Assembly (NCBI GenBank): GCA_965541615.1
Contig: CBEUCJ010000003.1
Location: forward strand, 32,186-96,185
From: an uncultured bacterium
GTDB lineage: Bacteria > Omnitrophota > Gorgyraeia > Duberdicusellales > CBEUCJ01
Direction of reading: 5' to 3'
Length of the DNA stretch: 64,000 nucleotides
Shown here: positions 8,747 through 16,726 of the stretch, in pieces
Numbering within the stretch: the first letter of the stretch is position 1
How the letters are laid out: every line of letters starts with the position of its first letter
Notes under the pieces: model-generated
What the model saw: only the letters and a program-made list of their open reading frames with translations
Databases searched by the model: none
What the model was told of the DNA's origin: nothing
Program-made: the position numbers and the translations under genes

Positions 8747-10450
8747 TTACAAAGCTACTCTTAATACCTCTTCTAAGCTTGTTACTCCCTCTTCTACTTT
8801 TTTTATGCCACTTTCTAATAAAGTTCGCATTCCTGCTTTTTTAGCTTCTTCCCTTATAAGATGGATACTTTCATTCTTAGAAATCAACTCTTTCAATGGC
8901 TCATCTACAAATAAAATCTCTGCAATTAAAGTTCTATCTTTATATCCTATATTTTTACATTCTTTGCATCCTTTAGCTTTATAAATTATATCTTTATTTA
9001 TGCTCACTTTCAATTCTTTAAGAATATCTTTCTCAACTTCATAAGGCTGCTTACAGTTAGGACATAGTTTTCTAATTAATCTTTGAGCGACTATACATGT
9101 TAAAGAAGCACTCACCAAATAAGGAGGTAAACCTATATCTATCAATCTAGTTATAGCTGAAGGTGCATCGTTTGTATGCAAAGTAGAAAGAACCAAATGT
9201 CCTGTTAACGATGCTCTAACACAAATTTCTGCTGTCTCTAAATCTCTAATCTCACCTACCATTATGATATCTGGGTCTTGTCTTAAAAAATGTCTTAAAA
9301 CTCTCGCAAAAGTCAATCCTATTTCAGGTTTTACTTGAACTTGATTTATTCCCTCTAATTTATACTCCACTGGATCTTCTACAGTTAAAATATTTTTTTT
9401 AGGAGATTTTATCTCATTTAAAATTGCATATAAAGTAGTGCTTTTCCCAGAACCAGTAGGACCTGTTAATAAAACTAATCCCCATGGAGAAGTAATCACT
9501 TTTCTCAATATTTTCAACTCTTCACTAGTAAACCCTAAGTAAGCTAAATCCAAAGGTACTCTGGACTTATCTAAGATTCTTATAACTACTTTTTCTCCAT
9601 AAATAGTAGGCACTGTTGAAACTCTCAAATCTATTATCTTATCTCCTTTCTTAACACTAAATCCACCATCTTGAGGTAATCTCTTTTCTGCTATATCCAT
9701 CTTAGAGAGAATCTTAATACGAGAAACTATAGGCAAATGCATGTGTTTAGCAGGTGAAGGAATCTCATACAAAACACCATCTATTCTATATCTTATTCTC
9801 AATCTATCAAAAAAGGGTTCAATATGAATGTCTGATGCCCTCTCTTCTATAGCTTCATTTAAGATTAAATCTACTAATCTTACTACCAAAGCCTCTTCTG
9901 CTTTCTCTACTAACTTATCTACACTTAATTCCTCCTGAGGAGGTGTTTCGGTTTTTGTCACCTCTTCTAAATCTACATCATAAGTAGATTCCACTGCTTT
10001 CTTTAAAAAATCTATTTTTCCATAAAATTCCTCAATAGATTTCAATATGTCTGACTTTGTAGAGACTACCAGATTTATTTGGCAACCAGTTAATTTCTTT
10101 AAATTATCTATTAAATCAAGATCTAAAGGATCTGAAATAGCACATGTAAGAGTATCTCCTTCTTTATTTAATGGTAAAACTAAATTTTTAACCGCTTCTT
10201 CTTTTGGAATTAACTCTTCCAATTTTTGATGAGGGTTGGGTTTTAAAAGGCCTGAAGAATAGGAAAGAAAAGGAAGATGTAGCTGTTCACTTAAAGCTCT
10301 CGCTAAATCCTCTTCTTTAATTATACCTTTTTTTATTAAAATTTCTCCTAATCTACCTCCCTCTTTCTTTTGAATCTCCAAAGCTTCTTTTAAGTTCTTT
10401 TCTGAAATTAACCCTTTTCTAATTAAAATTTCTCCTATTTTATCTTTCAT
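8747..10450 (-). CDS. GspE/PilB/MshE-family assembly ATPase with tandem MshEN c-di-GMP-binding motifs and C-terminal tetracysteine
   Basis: Walker A GPTGSGKST. Asp box and His box (LSTLHTND). CPNC...CKEC zinc motif. N-terminus KIGEILIRKGLISEKNLKEALEIQ-KKEGG-RLGEILIKKGIIKEEDLARALSEQ. Confidence 0.9.
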   Translation of the reverse strand: MKDKIGEILIRKGLISEKNLKEALEIQKKEGGRLGEILIKKGIIKEEDLARALSEQLHLPFLSYSSGLLKPNPHQKLEELIPKEEAVKNLVLPLNKEGDTLTCAISDPLDLDLIDNLKKLTGCQINLVVSTKSDILKSIEEFYGKIDFLKKAVESTYDVDLEEVTKTETPPQEELSVDKLVEKAEEALVVRLVDLILNEAIEERASDIHIEPFFDRLRIRYRIDGVLYEIPSPAKHMHLPIVSRIKILSKMDIAEKRLPQDGGFSVKKGDKIIDLRVSTVPTIYGEKVVIRILDKSRVPLDLAYLGFTSEELKILRKVITSPWGLVLLTGPTGSGKSTTLYAILNEIKSPKKNILTVEDPVEYKLEGINQVQVKPEIGLTFARVLRHFLRQDPDIIMVGEIRDLETAEICVRASLTGHLVLSTLHTNDAPSAITRLIDIGLPPYLVSASLTCIVAQRLIRKLCPNCKQPYEVEKDILKELKVSINKDIIYKAKGCKECKNIGYKDRTLIAEILFVDEPLKELISKNESIHLIREEAKKAGMRTLLESGIKKVEEGVTSLEEVLRVAL

Positions 10451-11928
10451 CTTTCAAATCTTTTTAAAGCTTCTTTTATAGCTCTCTCTTTCTCTCCTAA
10501 AGATTGTTCTCTCTGAAGAGCGAAAGTAAATTTTCTTTGAAATAATTTTGGCCACATTATCTTAGGAGTAATGAAAACTAACAACTCTCTCTCCTTTTTT
10601 TCTTTCTCTTTATGTCTAAATAAACTTCCTATCAGAGGTAAGTCTCCTAATAATGGTAAATGAGTTACTTTTTCCTCTACTTTATTTCTAATCAATCCAC
10701 TTAACACAACTGTCTCACCATCTTTTACTGTTAAAACAGACTTAAAGATCCTTTTTTCTGGATCTTTAAGTGTCTGAACACTTTCTTGAGTAGTTAAAGT
10801 AATAGGGGAAACTACTGCTTCAGAGACTGTGGGTACAATTATCATAGTAATCTCACCTGTCTCCAAATTCACTTGAGGAGTAACTCTTAAAGTAACTCCT
10901 GTCTCTGTTCTCTCAGGCTCTTCACTAACAGCCTCTTCAGTAATAGTAACTTTCTTTCCAATTGCTTCATTTCGAATAATCTTAATTTCTGCTGTCTCAT
11001 TACTTAAAGTTAAAATTCTAGGTCTAGCTAAAAATTTAGTGCTCGCATCTTTCCTAATAAAATCCAACATCATAGAAAAATTTGCAAATGAAACTTCTCC
11101 TAATGTAGGTTTTCCTGCTTCTACTCCTTTCATTAATCTTGAAGGAAAGGGGAAATGGGTGTATCTGGCCGGTCCTTTAAATGTAAAAATAGTCTCTCCA
11201 TAATTAAATCCTAATTTATCTAAAAGTTCTTTAGAAACATCTAAAATTTCAGCCTCTATCATCACCTGAGGAACAGGTGTATCTAACTCTTTTATTAACT
11301 TCTCTATCGCTGGAAATCTGGCTGGTCTATCAGTAATAATCAAACTATTTGTCCGAGGATCTTCTACCAATTTACCTACATCAGATAAAAGACCTGTAAT
11401 TGCTTCCTTTAAAGCTACATATCTACTCTCTTCACCACCTTCACTACTTTCTCCTCCCTCACTTTCTTCGCTTTCGCCTTCTTCCTCTTCACCTAACTGA
11501 GAGTTTATCTCTGCATCTAATTTGGAATTTGAAACTCTAGTATACTTTAATCTGTAAACTTTAGTAATAGTCTCTACTTCTGGTTTTCCTAATTCTTTTA
11601 CAATGAAAATATTGCTTTCAGGAAGAAACTCATAAGTAAGGTTATTAGCTTTCAATAAAGAATCAAAAGCTTCTTTTAAAGTGACATTTTCAAAATAGCA
11701 AGTAATTTTTCTTTTTCTAATATTCTCTGGACATATAAAGTTAAGTCCCACCTGTTGAGATAATGCTTTTAGAACATCTATTAAATCAGCACCCTCAAAA
11801 TCCATTGAAACTCTCTTTGAAGGATCTGTTAATAAATACTCTGCATAATATTTGTTGTTAATACCTGCATAACCAAAGTTAAAGTTTAAGAATAAGCTTC
11901 CTATAATAATTATTAAAAAACATCTCAT
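10447..11928 (-). CDS. Secretin (PilQ/GspD/MshL family)
   Basis: N-terminal STN-like DFEGADLIDVLKALSQQVGLNFI. C-terminal secretin core ...LLVFITPKI. Signal peptide present. Acidic low-complexity insert EEEEGESEESEGGESSEGGEE. Confidence 0.85.
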   Translation of the reverse strand: MRCFLIIIIGSLFLNFNFGYAGINNKYYAEYLLTDPSKRVSMDFEGADLIDVLKALSQQVGLNFICPENIRKRKITCYFENVTLKEAFDSLLKANNLTYEFLPESNIFIVKELGKPEVETITKVYRLKYTRVSNSKLDAEINSQLGEEEEGESEESEGGESSEGGEESRYVALKEAITGLLSDVGKLVEDPRTNSLIITDRPARFPAIEKLIKELDTPVPQVMIEAEILDVSKELLDKLGFNYGETIFTFKGPARYTHFPFPSRLMKGVEAGKPTLGEVSFANFSMMLDFIRKDASTKFLARPRILTLSNETAEIKIIRNEAIGKKVTITEEAVSEEPERTETGVTLRVTPQVNLETGEITMIIVPTVSEAVVSPITLTTQESVQTLKDPEKRIFKSVLTVKDGETVVLSGLIRNKVEEKVTHLPLLGDLPLIGSLFRHKEKEKKERELLVFITPKIMWPKLFQRKFTFALQREQSLGEKERAIKEALKRFER

Positions 11929-12287
11929 TTTTCAGCCTCCTTCTTAACAGGAAATATATAGATTCTTCTCTTATACATAATACTTACACCTTCTTTATTT
12001 ATATCTATTATTTTACCTCCTTGTATTTCATCTCCAATCTTATACAGTTGACCATCTATAATTGCACAAGGGAGCGTAGTATTCCAAACTACACCTTCCA
12101 CTTCTATTTCAAAATCTACTTTTTCTGCTCCATATTCTTCCTCCCCTTTGCTTTCTTCTTCATTTAAACTCGGCTCTATCTTTTTAGGAATACAATCTAC
12201 AAAAGGATCTATAACCTTTTTATCTTGTTTAGCATACCCTGTCAAAACAAACATTACTATAAAACTACCTAACCAAAAACATTTCAT
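11925..12287 (-). CDS. PilP/MshK-like small periplasmic pilus-assembly protein
   Basis: Signal peptide. C-terminal beta-domain pattern AIIDGQLYKIGDEIQGGKIIDINKEGVSIMY resembles the PilP C-domain. Sits between the PilO-like gene and the secretin. Confidence 0.4.
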   Translation of the reverse strand: MKCFWLGSFIVMFVLTGYAKQDKKVIDPFVDCIPKKIEPSLNEEESKGEEEYGAEKVDFEIEVEGVVWNTTLPCAIIDGQLYKIGDEIQGGKIIDINKEGVSIMYKRRIYIFPVKKEAEK

Positions 12288-12805
12288 CTTTTGAGTAGTT
12301 CCTTTTTAAATCTAATGGTGGACAATTTTAAATTCACATCTAAAAATGGTCCTTCTGTCTTACTAAGTAATAATTGATCTACATTTATATAAAAATTATA
12401 ATTTTCCAACGTTTCTAAAAATTTAATTAACTCAAAAAAACTAGCTTTTAAATTTACAATCAAACCAATCTTCTCAAAAAATTCATCTTTAGGAAAAGTA
12501 CCCCCTGGAGTAATAAAGGAAGTTCTAATTTGAGGATATTTTTTTAGAATTGAAATGATCATCTCAAGCATATTCTGTGCATCTTGAATAGAAAAATAAG
12601 AGCCTTGAAGATTTAATTCTCTTCTAATTTTCTTTAGCTCTTTTAACAAAAATTTTTTTTCTTCATTTTTTTCTATTTCATCCTCAATCTCGCTTATTCT
12701 CTTTTCAAAAAATACATTTATAAATTTTGTTATAGGATAAACACATCCCAAAATAAAAATTGAAATGATTATATCCTTTCTTTTAAAAATATACTTCATC
12801 TGCAT
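12284..12805 (-). CDS. PilO/MshJ-like bitopic membrane protein
   Basis: Single N-terminal TM, coiled-coil, then a small domain. Lies between the PilM-N fusion and the PilP-like gene, as in T4P operons. Confidence 0.4.
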   Translation of the reverse strand: MQMKYIFKRKDIIISIFILGCVYPITKFINVFFEKRISEIEDEIEKNEEKKFLLKELKKIRRELNLQGSYFSIQDAQNMLEMIISILKKYPQIRTSFITPGGTFPKDEFFEKIGLIVNLKASFFELIKFLETLENYNFYINVDQLLLSKTEGPFLDVNLKLSTIRFKKELLKR

Positions 12806-14250
12806 TCTATTTTAAAGCTAGTAACTCTATAACCTTTATATACTCCTTCTGAAATCTCTTTAAGAATTATCTTATCAAAATAATTAAAAAAATTTTTTCT
12901 TATATTACTTACAAATTTTTTTATTGAATCCATCCGCTCAGATTCCTCTTTAGCATAAGAAAATCCTTCCAAAAAAAGAACACTTCCTTTTTCTTCCTGC
13001 CATACTAAAGATAACCTCTCAATCCAAACACCTTGAGGAAGATTTTTAGAAAGTGCTTTTAAAATCGTGGAAAAAAATTTTTTAGAAGACTTAAAGTATT
13101 CAAATTGAGCTAATATCTTTTTAAACTTTACTTTATCTGACCTTAATTCCTCTATGCTCTTCAAAGCTCTTATTCCCTCTCTTAAAAGACGTCTCTTTAC
13201 TATCTTTAGCTGATTCTTTTTTTCTTTAAATTTGTTAAACTTACCTATAAAGTTAAAACCTGCAATTAAGAAAAAAATAAATGAAGATAAAATAATATAC
13301 TCTTTTCTAAAAGGAATTTCTTTGGATACTTCTACTTTCTTTTCTTCTTTTATCGAAACATTAAAGGAAATTAAAGTTCTAAGAGGGGAAGGTAAAGTAA
13401 CACTATAAGATTTTAATTCTTCTATACTAAATCTCTCACTAAAAATTTTTTCTTCACCTATAAAGTATAAAGGTAAATCAAATTCTTTATTCAACTCTTC
13501 AAAGTAATTTTTATACTTTTCTTTACCAATAAATAATAAACTTTGAACTACTTCTCCTTTATAACGTCTTTGATAGTACTCTAAAGACAATCTTAATTCC
13601 TCAGTAAATCTTTTTAGATCTTCTTTTCTTGAAATCTTAACATCTCTAAAGATACAAGGAAAATGATTACTCAACATTAAAAAACTTGCCTCTTCATCAT
13701 CTATAACTATTACTCCATAAGTCTTTAATCTCTGCATCATCTTTTCTTTCCTAAGATAAAGCAGTCTCCAAAAAGAAACAATAGCTGGTTCTATCTTCAT
13801 CAAATTTAAGTCGAACTGTTTAATCCCTTCTTTAATCTTAGAAAAATCTTTTTTATTCACTCCTACAAAGCACACTTCTGATGTTTTTTCTTTTTTAAAG
13901 ACTCTAAATTTAAAATCCCATAGTAAATCTTCCAATTTGAAAGGTAATCTTCTCTCAGCTTCAAAAGGGAGTGCTTGGATTACTTCCTTTTTAGAAAGAA
14001 AAGGGAATTCAAAGAATCTTATAAGTATAAATTGAGAAGAGAGAGAAAGATATAGTAAAACCTTCTCTCTAACTCTAAATTCTTCTAAAGCTCTCTGAAT
14101 GCAAATATTAAGAAAAGCTGAAAAATCAAGATATTCTTTTGGATTATATTTAAAATTTAATGTATCTTCGATAACATCATTTCTTACTTTACATAAATAG
14201 ACATTGTTATTTGCACTTATATACAAACCTATTTTAATACCTTTTTTCAT
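12796..14250 (-). CDS. PilM-PilN fusion (MshI-like) pilus assembly protein
   Basis: 484 aa. Actin-like N-domain (KIGLYISANNNVYLCKV start). Internal TM (YIILSSFIFFLIAGFNFI) followed by a PilN-like C-part. First gene of the cluster. Confidence 0.55.
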   Translation of the reverse strand: MKKGIKIGLYISANNNVYLCKVRNDVIEDTLNFKYNPKEYLDFSAFLNICIQRALEEFRVREKVLLYLSLSSQFILIRFFEFPFLSKKEVIQALPFEAERRLPFKLEDLLWDFKFRVFKKEKTSEVCFVGVNKKDFSKIKEGIKQFDLNLMKIEPAIVSFWRLLYLRKEKMMQRLKTYGVIVIDDEEASFLMLSNHFPCIFRDVKISRKEDLKRFTEELRLSLEYYQRRYKGEVVQSLLFIGKEKYKNYFEELNKEFDLPLYFIGEEKIFSERFSIEELKSYSVTLPSPLRTLISFNVSIKEEKKVEVSKEIPFRKEYIILSSFIFFLIAGFNFIGKFNKFKEKKNQLKIVKRRLLREGIRALKSIEELRSDKVKFKKILAQFEYFKSSKKFFSTILKALSKNLPQGVWIERLSLVWQEEKGSVLFLEGFSYAKEESERMDSIKKFVSNIRKNFFNYFDKIILKEISEGVYKGYRVTSFKIECR

Positions 14251-14280
14251 TGCAAAATCTATTTTTTCTACATTAGTTAA

Positions 14281-14309
14281 GTTTAATCTCTATTTTTTTA
14301 GTTGTCAAT
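14281..14309 (-). promoter_or_regulatory. Candidate sigma70 promoter for the pilM-N fusion operon
   Basis: Minus strand reads TTGACA (revcomp of 14304-14309), 17/18-nt spacer, TTAAAC/TAAACT, about 30 nt upstream of the start at 14250. Confidence 0.3.
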
Positions 14310-14399
14310 AAAATGATTTAAGATAAAAGTAGATAATGAAAGTAAAAATAGTTAAAAAAGATTCAAAAGAGATTTTTTTTAAAAAAATAGTTTAAAACT

Positions 14400-14711
14400 T
14401 TAAGGAGAATAATCGACTGTAGCATCAACAGTACATAGACCTGTGGAGGGATTAAGAGCACTTACACTTATATTAACATCATAATCTCCAACAGTAAGTT
14501 TAGCTGAACTCCCTGGTGAAAGAGAACCCTCTCTTAATCTATCTATAGCCCACCAGATTCCTCCCAAAGCTGCATAGTAAGCTTTAATTCTCCTTATATA
14601 ATGCTCATTTAACCTAGCCTGTGAAGTATAGAGGGTAAGTATTATTCCACACAAAATAGTGATTAAAAGAAAAATTATTAAAACAACAGTTAAAACTACT
14701 GCTCTCCTCAT
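14400..14711 (-). CDS. PilX-N-terminal-domain-like small membrane protein
   Basis: MRRAVVLTVVLIIFLLITIL...QARLNEHYIRRIKAYYAALGGIWWAIDRL resembles the PilX_N pattern (basic N-terminus, TM, then E..LA.N...A..AAEAGL). Confidence 0.35.
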   Translation of the reverse strand: MRRAVVLTVVLIIFLLITILCGIILTLYTSQARLNEHYIRRIKAYYAALGGIWWAIDRLREGSLSPGSSAKLTVGDYDVNISVSALNPSTGLCTVDATVDYSP

Positions 14712-14908
14712 TTTCTGAGAGTGATCTTAAAATCTTTATTCTCCTCTTTTAAAGATACGTGTCCTTCACGAGCTAACCATCCAACACTCATTAAAATCAA
14801 TTCCTTAGGTCTTTTTAAATCCTGAACTATTTGGCTTAAAAAACTCTCTCCTTTCTTATCTAAGTAATGCCAAATTTCTCCTGCAACTATGCCTATTTCT
14901 ATAATCAT
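14708..14908 (-). CDS. Small winged-helix-like protein (hypothetical)
   Basis: 66 aa, IGEIAGEIWHYLDKKGE...ILMSVGWLAREGHV. 4-nt overlap with the downstream gene. Confidence 0.3.
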   Translation of the reverse strand: MIIEIGIVAGEIWHYLDKKGESFLSQIVQDLKRPKELILMSVGWLAREGHVSLKEENKDFKITLRK

Positions 14909-14962
14909 TTCATTTCAATTATATCACCCTTAATTTGCATTTTCAATTTTTTAAATTAAATC

Positions 14963-15193
14963 TTAGTTTTGATCTCTAACATTTATACTTTTGCATAAAG
15001 GGCATATAGAAAACCTACCTATAGATTTAGAAAAATAAGTGTATCCACAGATTTGACATCTATAAATTTTTTTCTCATCTATATTGATAGTGTTATTTGA
15101 TGGTGGTCTTTCTAACAGCCATAAAAGAGAAAAAAATGTGATAGAGACCATTAAAACTGCTGCCGTAAATTCTGAAAAGGTTAAACTTATCAT
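14963..15193 (-). CDS. Small membrane protein with zinc-ribbon (CxxC...CxxC)
   Basis: 76 aa. N-terminal TM, then CQICGYTYFSKSIGRFSICPLC. Confidence 0.3.
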   Translation of the reverse strand: MISLTFSEFTAAVLMVSITFFSLLWLLERPPSNNTINIDEKKIYRCQICGYTYFSKSIGRFSICPLCKSINVRDQN

Positions 15194-15714
15194 TTTAATT
15201 TTAATTTAACTTGTCTCCAATAATCTTCTTTTTTCTTCTCAAAAATTTGTTTTCTTAGAAAACTCTCTGCAATCCTATCTATATGAGGACACAAAGTATA
15301 ATTAAATTTCTTTATCATTTTTACTATCCCAAAGTTAGAAATCAGCAAAGAAAACTCCAGTTCAGAAGGAAAATTATAAGTAAGACTTTCATTGGAAGGT
15401 AATTTTAATGTGAATAGTAAATTCTTTTTAGATGAAGGGAGTTTTACTTTAACTAAAGGTTCTTTTTTTTCAAATTTTAATTGAGGGAGGTAGATTTTTT
15501 TTATAAAAACATATTCTAAAAATTGAGAAGGAATAAAAAGATTATCGGTTATCTTTTTTAATTCTTTTTTATTCTCAATAATTTCACCTTTTGAAAATGC
15601 ACCCCAGAAATAGAGATGAGTTGGAGTCTGCTCAATTTTATCTATTTTTATATCAAATAATATAAAGCATATTGAGAATAAAAATACACTACATCCAATG
15701 TATTTTAATTTCAC
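15190..15714 (-). CDS. Membrane-anchored hypothetical protein following ExbD (TonB/TolA position, not recognisably TonB)
   Basis: N-terminal TM. No Pro-rich spacer and no TonB C-terminal motif that I could see. Confidence 0.3.
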   Translation of the reverse strand: MKLKYIGCSVFLFSICFILFDIKIDKIEQTPTHLYFWGAFSKGEIIENKKELKKITDNLFIPSQFLEYVFIKKIYLPQLKFEKKEPLVKVKLPSSKKNLLFTLKLPSNESLTYNFPSELEFSLLISNFGIVKMIKKFNYTLCPHIDRIAESFLRKQIFEKKKEDYWRQVKLKLK

Positions 15715-16109
15715 TTTTTTTGAGTAGCTATGTGAATTTTTCTAACTCCTATCTTTCTACATAAATCCCAAATTTTTACCACATCCTCAAATTTTGAATA
15801 TCTATCAGCCTTTATGAATACAGAATGTTCTTTATTCTTCTTTAACAAATCTTCTAACTCTTTTAAACTTACAGGTTTACCTTTGTAATAGACAACACCT
15901 TCTTTAGTGAGAGTTAAAATGATTTGGATTTCTTTTAAAAGTTGAGAGCTGGCAGCTTTTGGAAGATTTACTGGAAAACCTAACTGGACTACAAACTGAG
16001 AAGTTAACATAAAAAAGATTAACAACTGAAGAACAATGTCTACTAAGGGAGCTATGTCTATTTGTTTTAAACCTTCTTCAAATTTTATTTTTCTTTTTAA
16101 AATTATCAT
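15711..16109 (-). CDS. ExbD/TolR family biopolymer transport protein
   Basis: QIDIAPLVDIVLQLLIFFM TM with conserved Asp. 132 aa. Confidence 0.8.
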   Translation of the reverse strand: MIILKRKIKFEEGLKQIDIAPLVDIVLQLLIFFMLTSQFVVQLGFPVNLPKAASSQLLKEIQIILTLTKEGVVYYKGKPVSLKELEDLLKKNKEHSVFIKADRYSKFEDVVKIWDLCRKIGVRKIHIATQKK

Positions 16110-16726
16110 CTTATCTCTTCTGTTAAGAAAGCTACAAAGTCATTAGCTAATCTTTCTATCTCTGAAGTTAAAAAATTAACTTTATATACAAAGTAATTGT
16201 AAGCTACGTAACTAGGTATTGCTACTATTAAACCTGCAGCTGTAGTAAGTAAAGCTTCCCAAATACCACCTGCTAACTCCTGAGGATTAATAAAACCTAC
16301 ATTCAAAAGTTTTAATTCTATAGTATGAAAACATCTAACTAAACCCAAAACTGTGCCCAACAATCCTAATAAAGGTGAAATATGAGCGATTGTAGCTAAA
16401 AAAGATAAATGCCTCTCTAAACGAGGTACTTCATATAAAGCAGATTCCTTCATGTTTTCTTCTATTATCTCTCTTGTTTGGTCATATTTTAAGATGCCTG
16501 CTTTTAAAACTTTAGCTAAAGGGGTATTTTCCTTATCACACCTGTCTAAAGCTTCTTTTACTTTTCCTTTACTTACAAGTTCCTTTAACTCTTCTATTAA
16601 TTTTTTAGGGTCTTTTCTTGCACTTTGATAAAATATAAGTCTATCTATAATAATAGCTAAACTCAGTATGGAACACAAAATTATTGGATACATTACTAAG
16701 CCGCCTTTTAAAATTATGTTAATCAT
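16106..16726 (-). CDS. MotA/TolQ/ExbB family proton channel
   Basis: Three TM segments. Conserved C-terminal region ...GLLGTVLGL... Confidence 0.8.
   Translation of the reverse strand: MINIILKGGLVMYPIILCSILSLAIIIDRLIFYQSARKDPKKLIEELKELVSKGKVKEALDRCDKENTPLAKVLKAGILKYDQTREIIEENMKESALYEVPRLERHLSFLATIAHISPLLGLLGTVLGLVRCFHTIELKLLNVGFINPQELAGGIWEALLTTAAGLIVAIPSYVAYNYFVYKVNFLTSEIERLANDFVAFLTEEIR

Noticed and set aside
8700-8984. 94-aa plus-strand ORF antisense to the ATPase/platform junction
   Set aside because: Antisense to the strongly supported GspE and GspF genes; no motif.
15190-15714. TonB assignment for the gene following exbD
   Set aside because: No proline-rich spacer and no recognisable TonB C-terminal domain motif; left as hypothetical.
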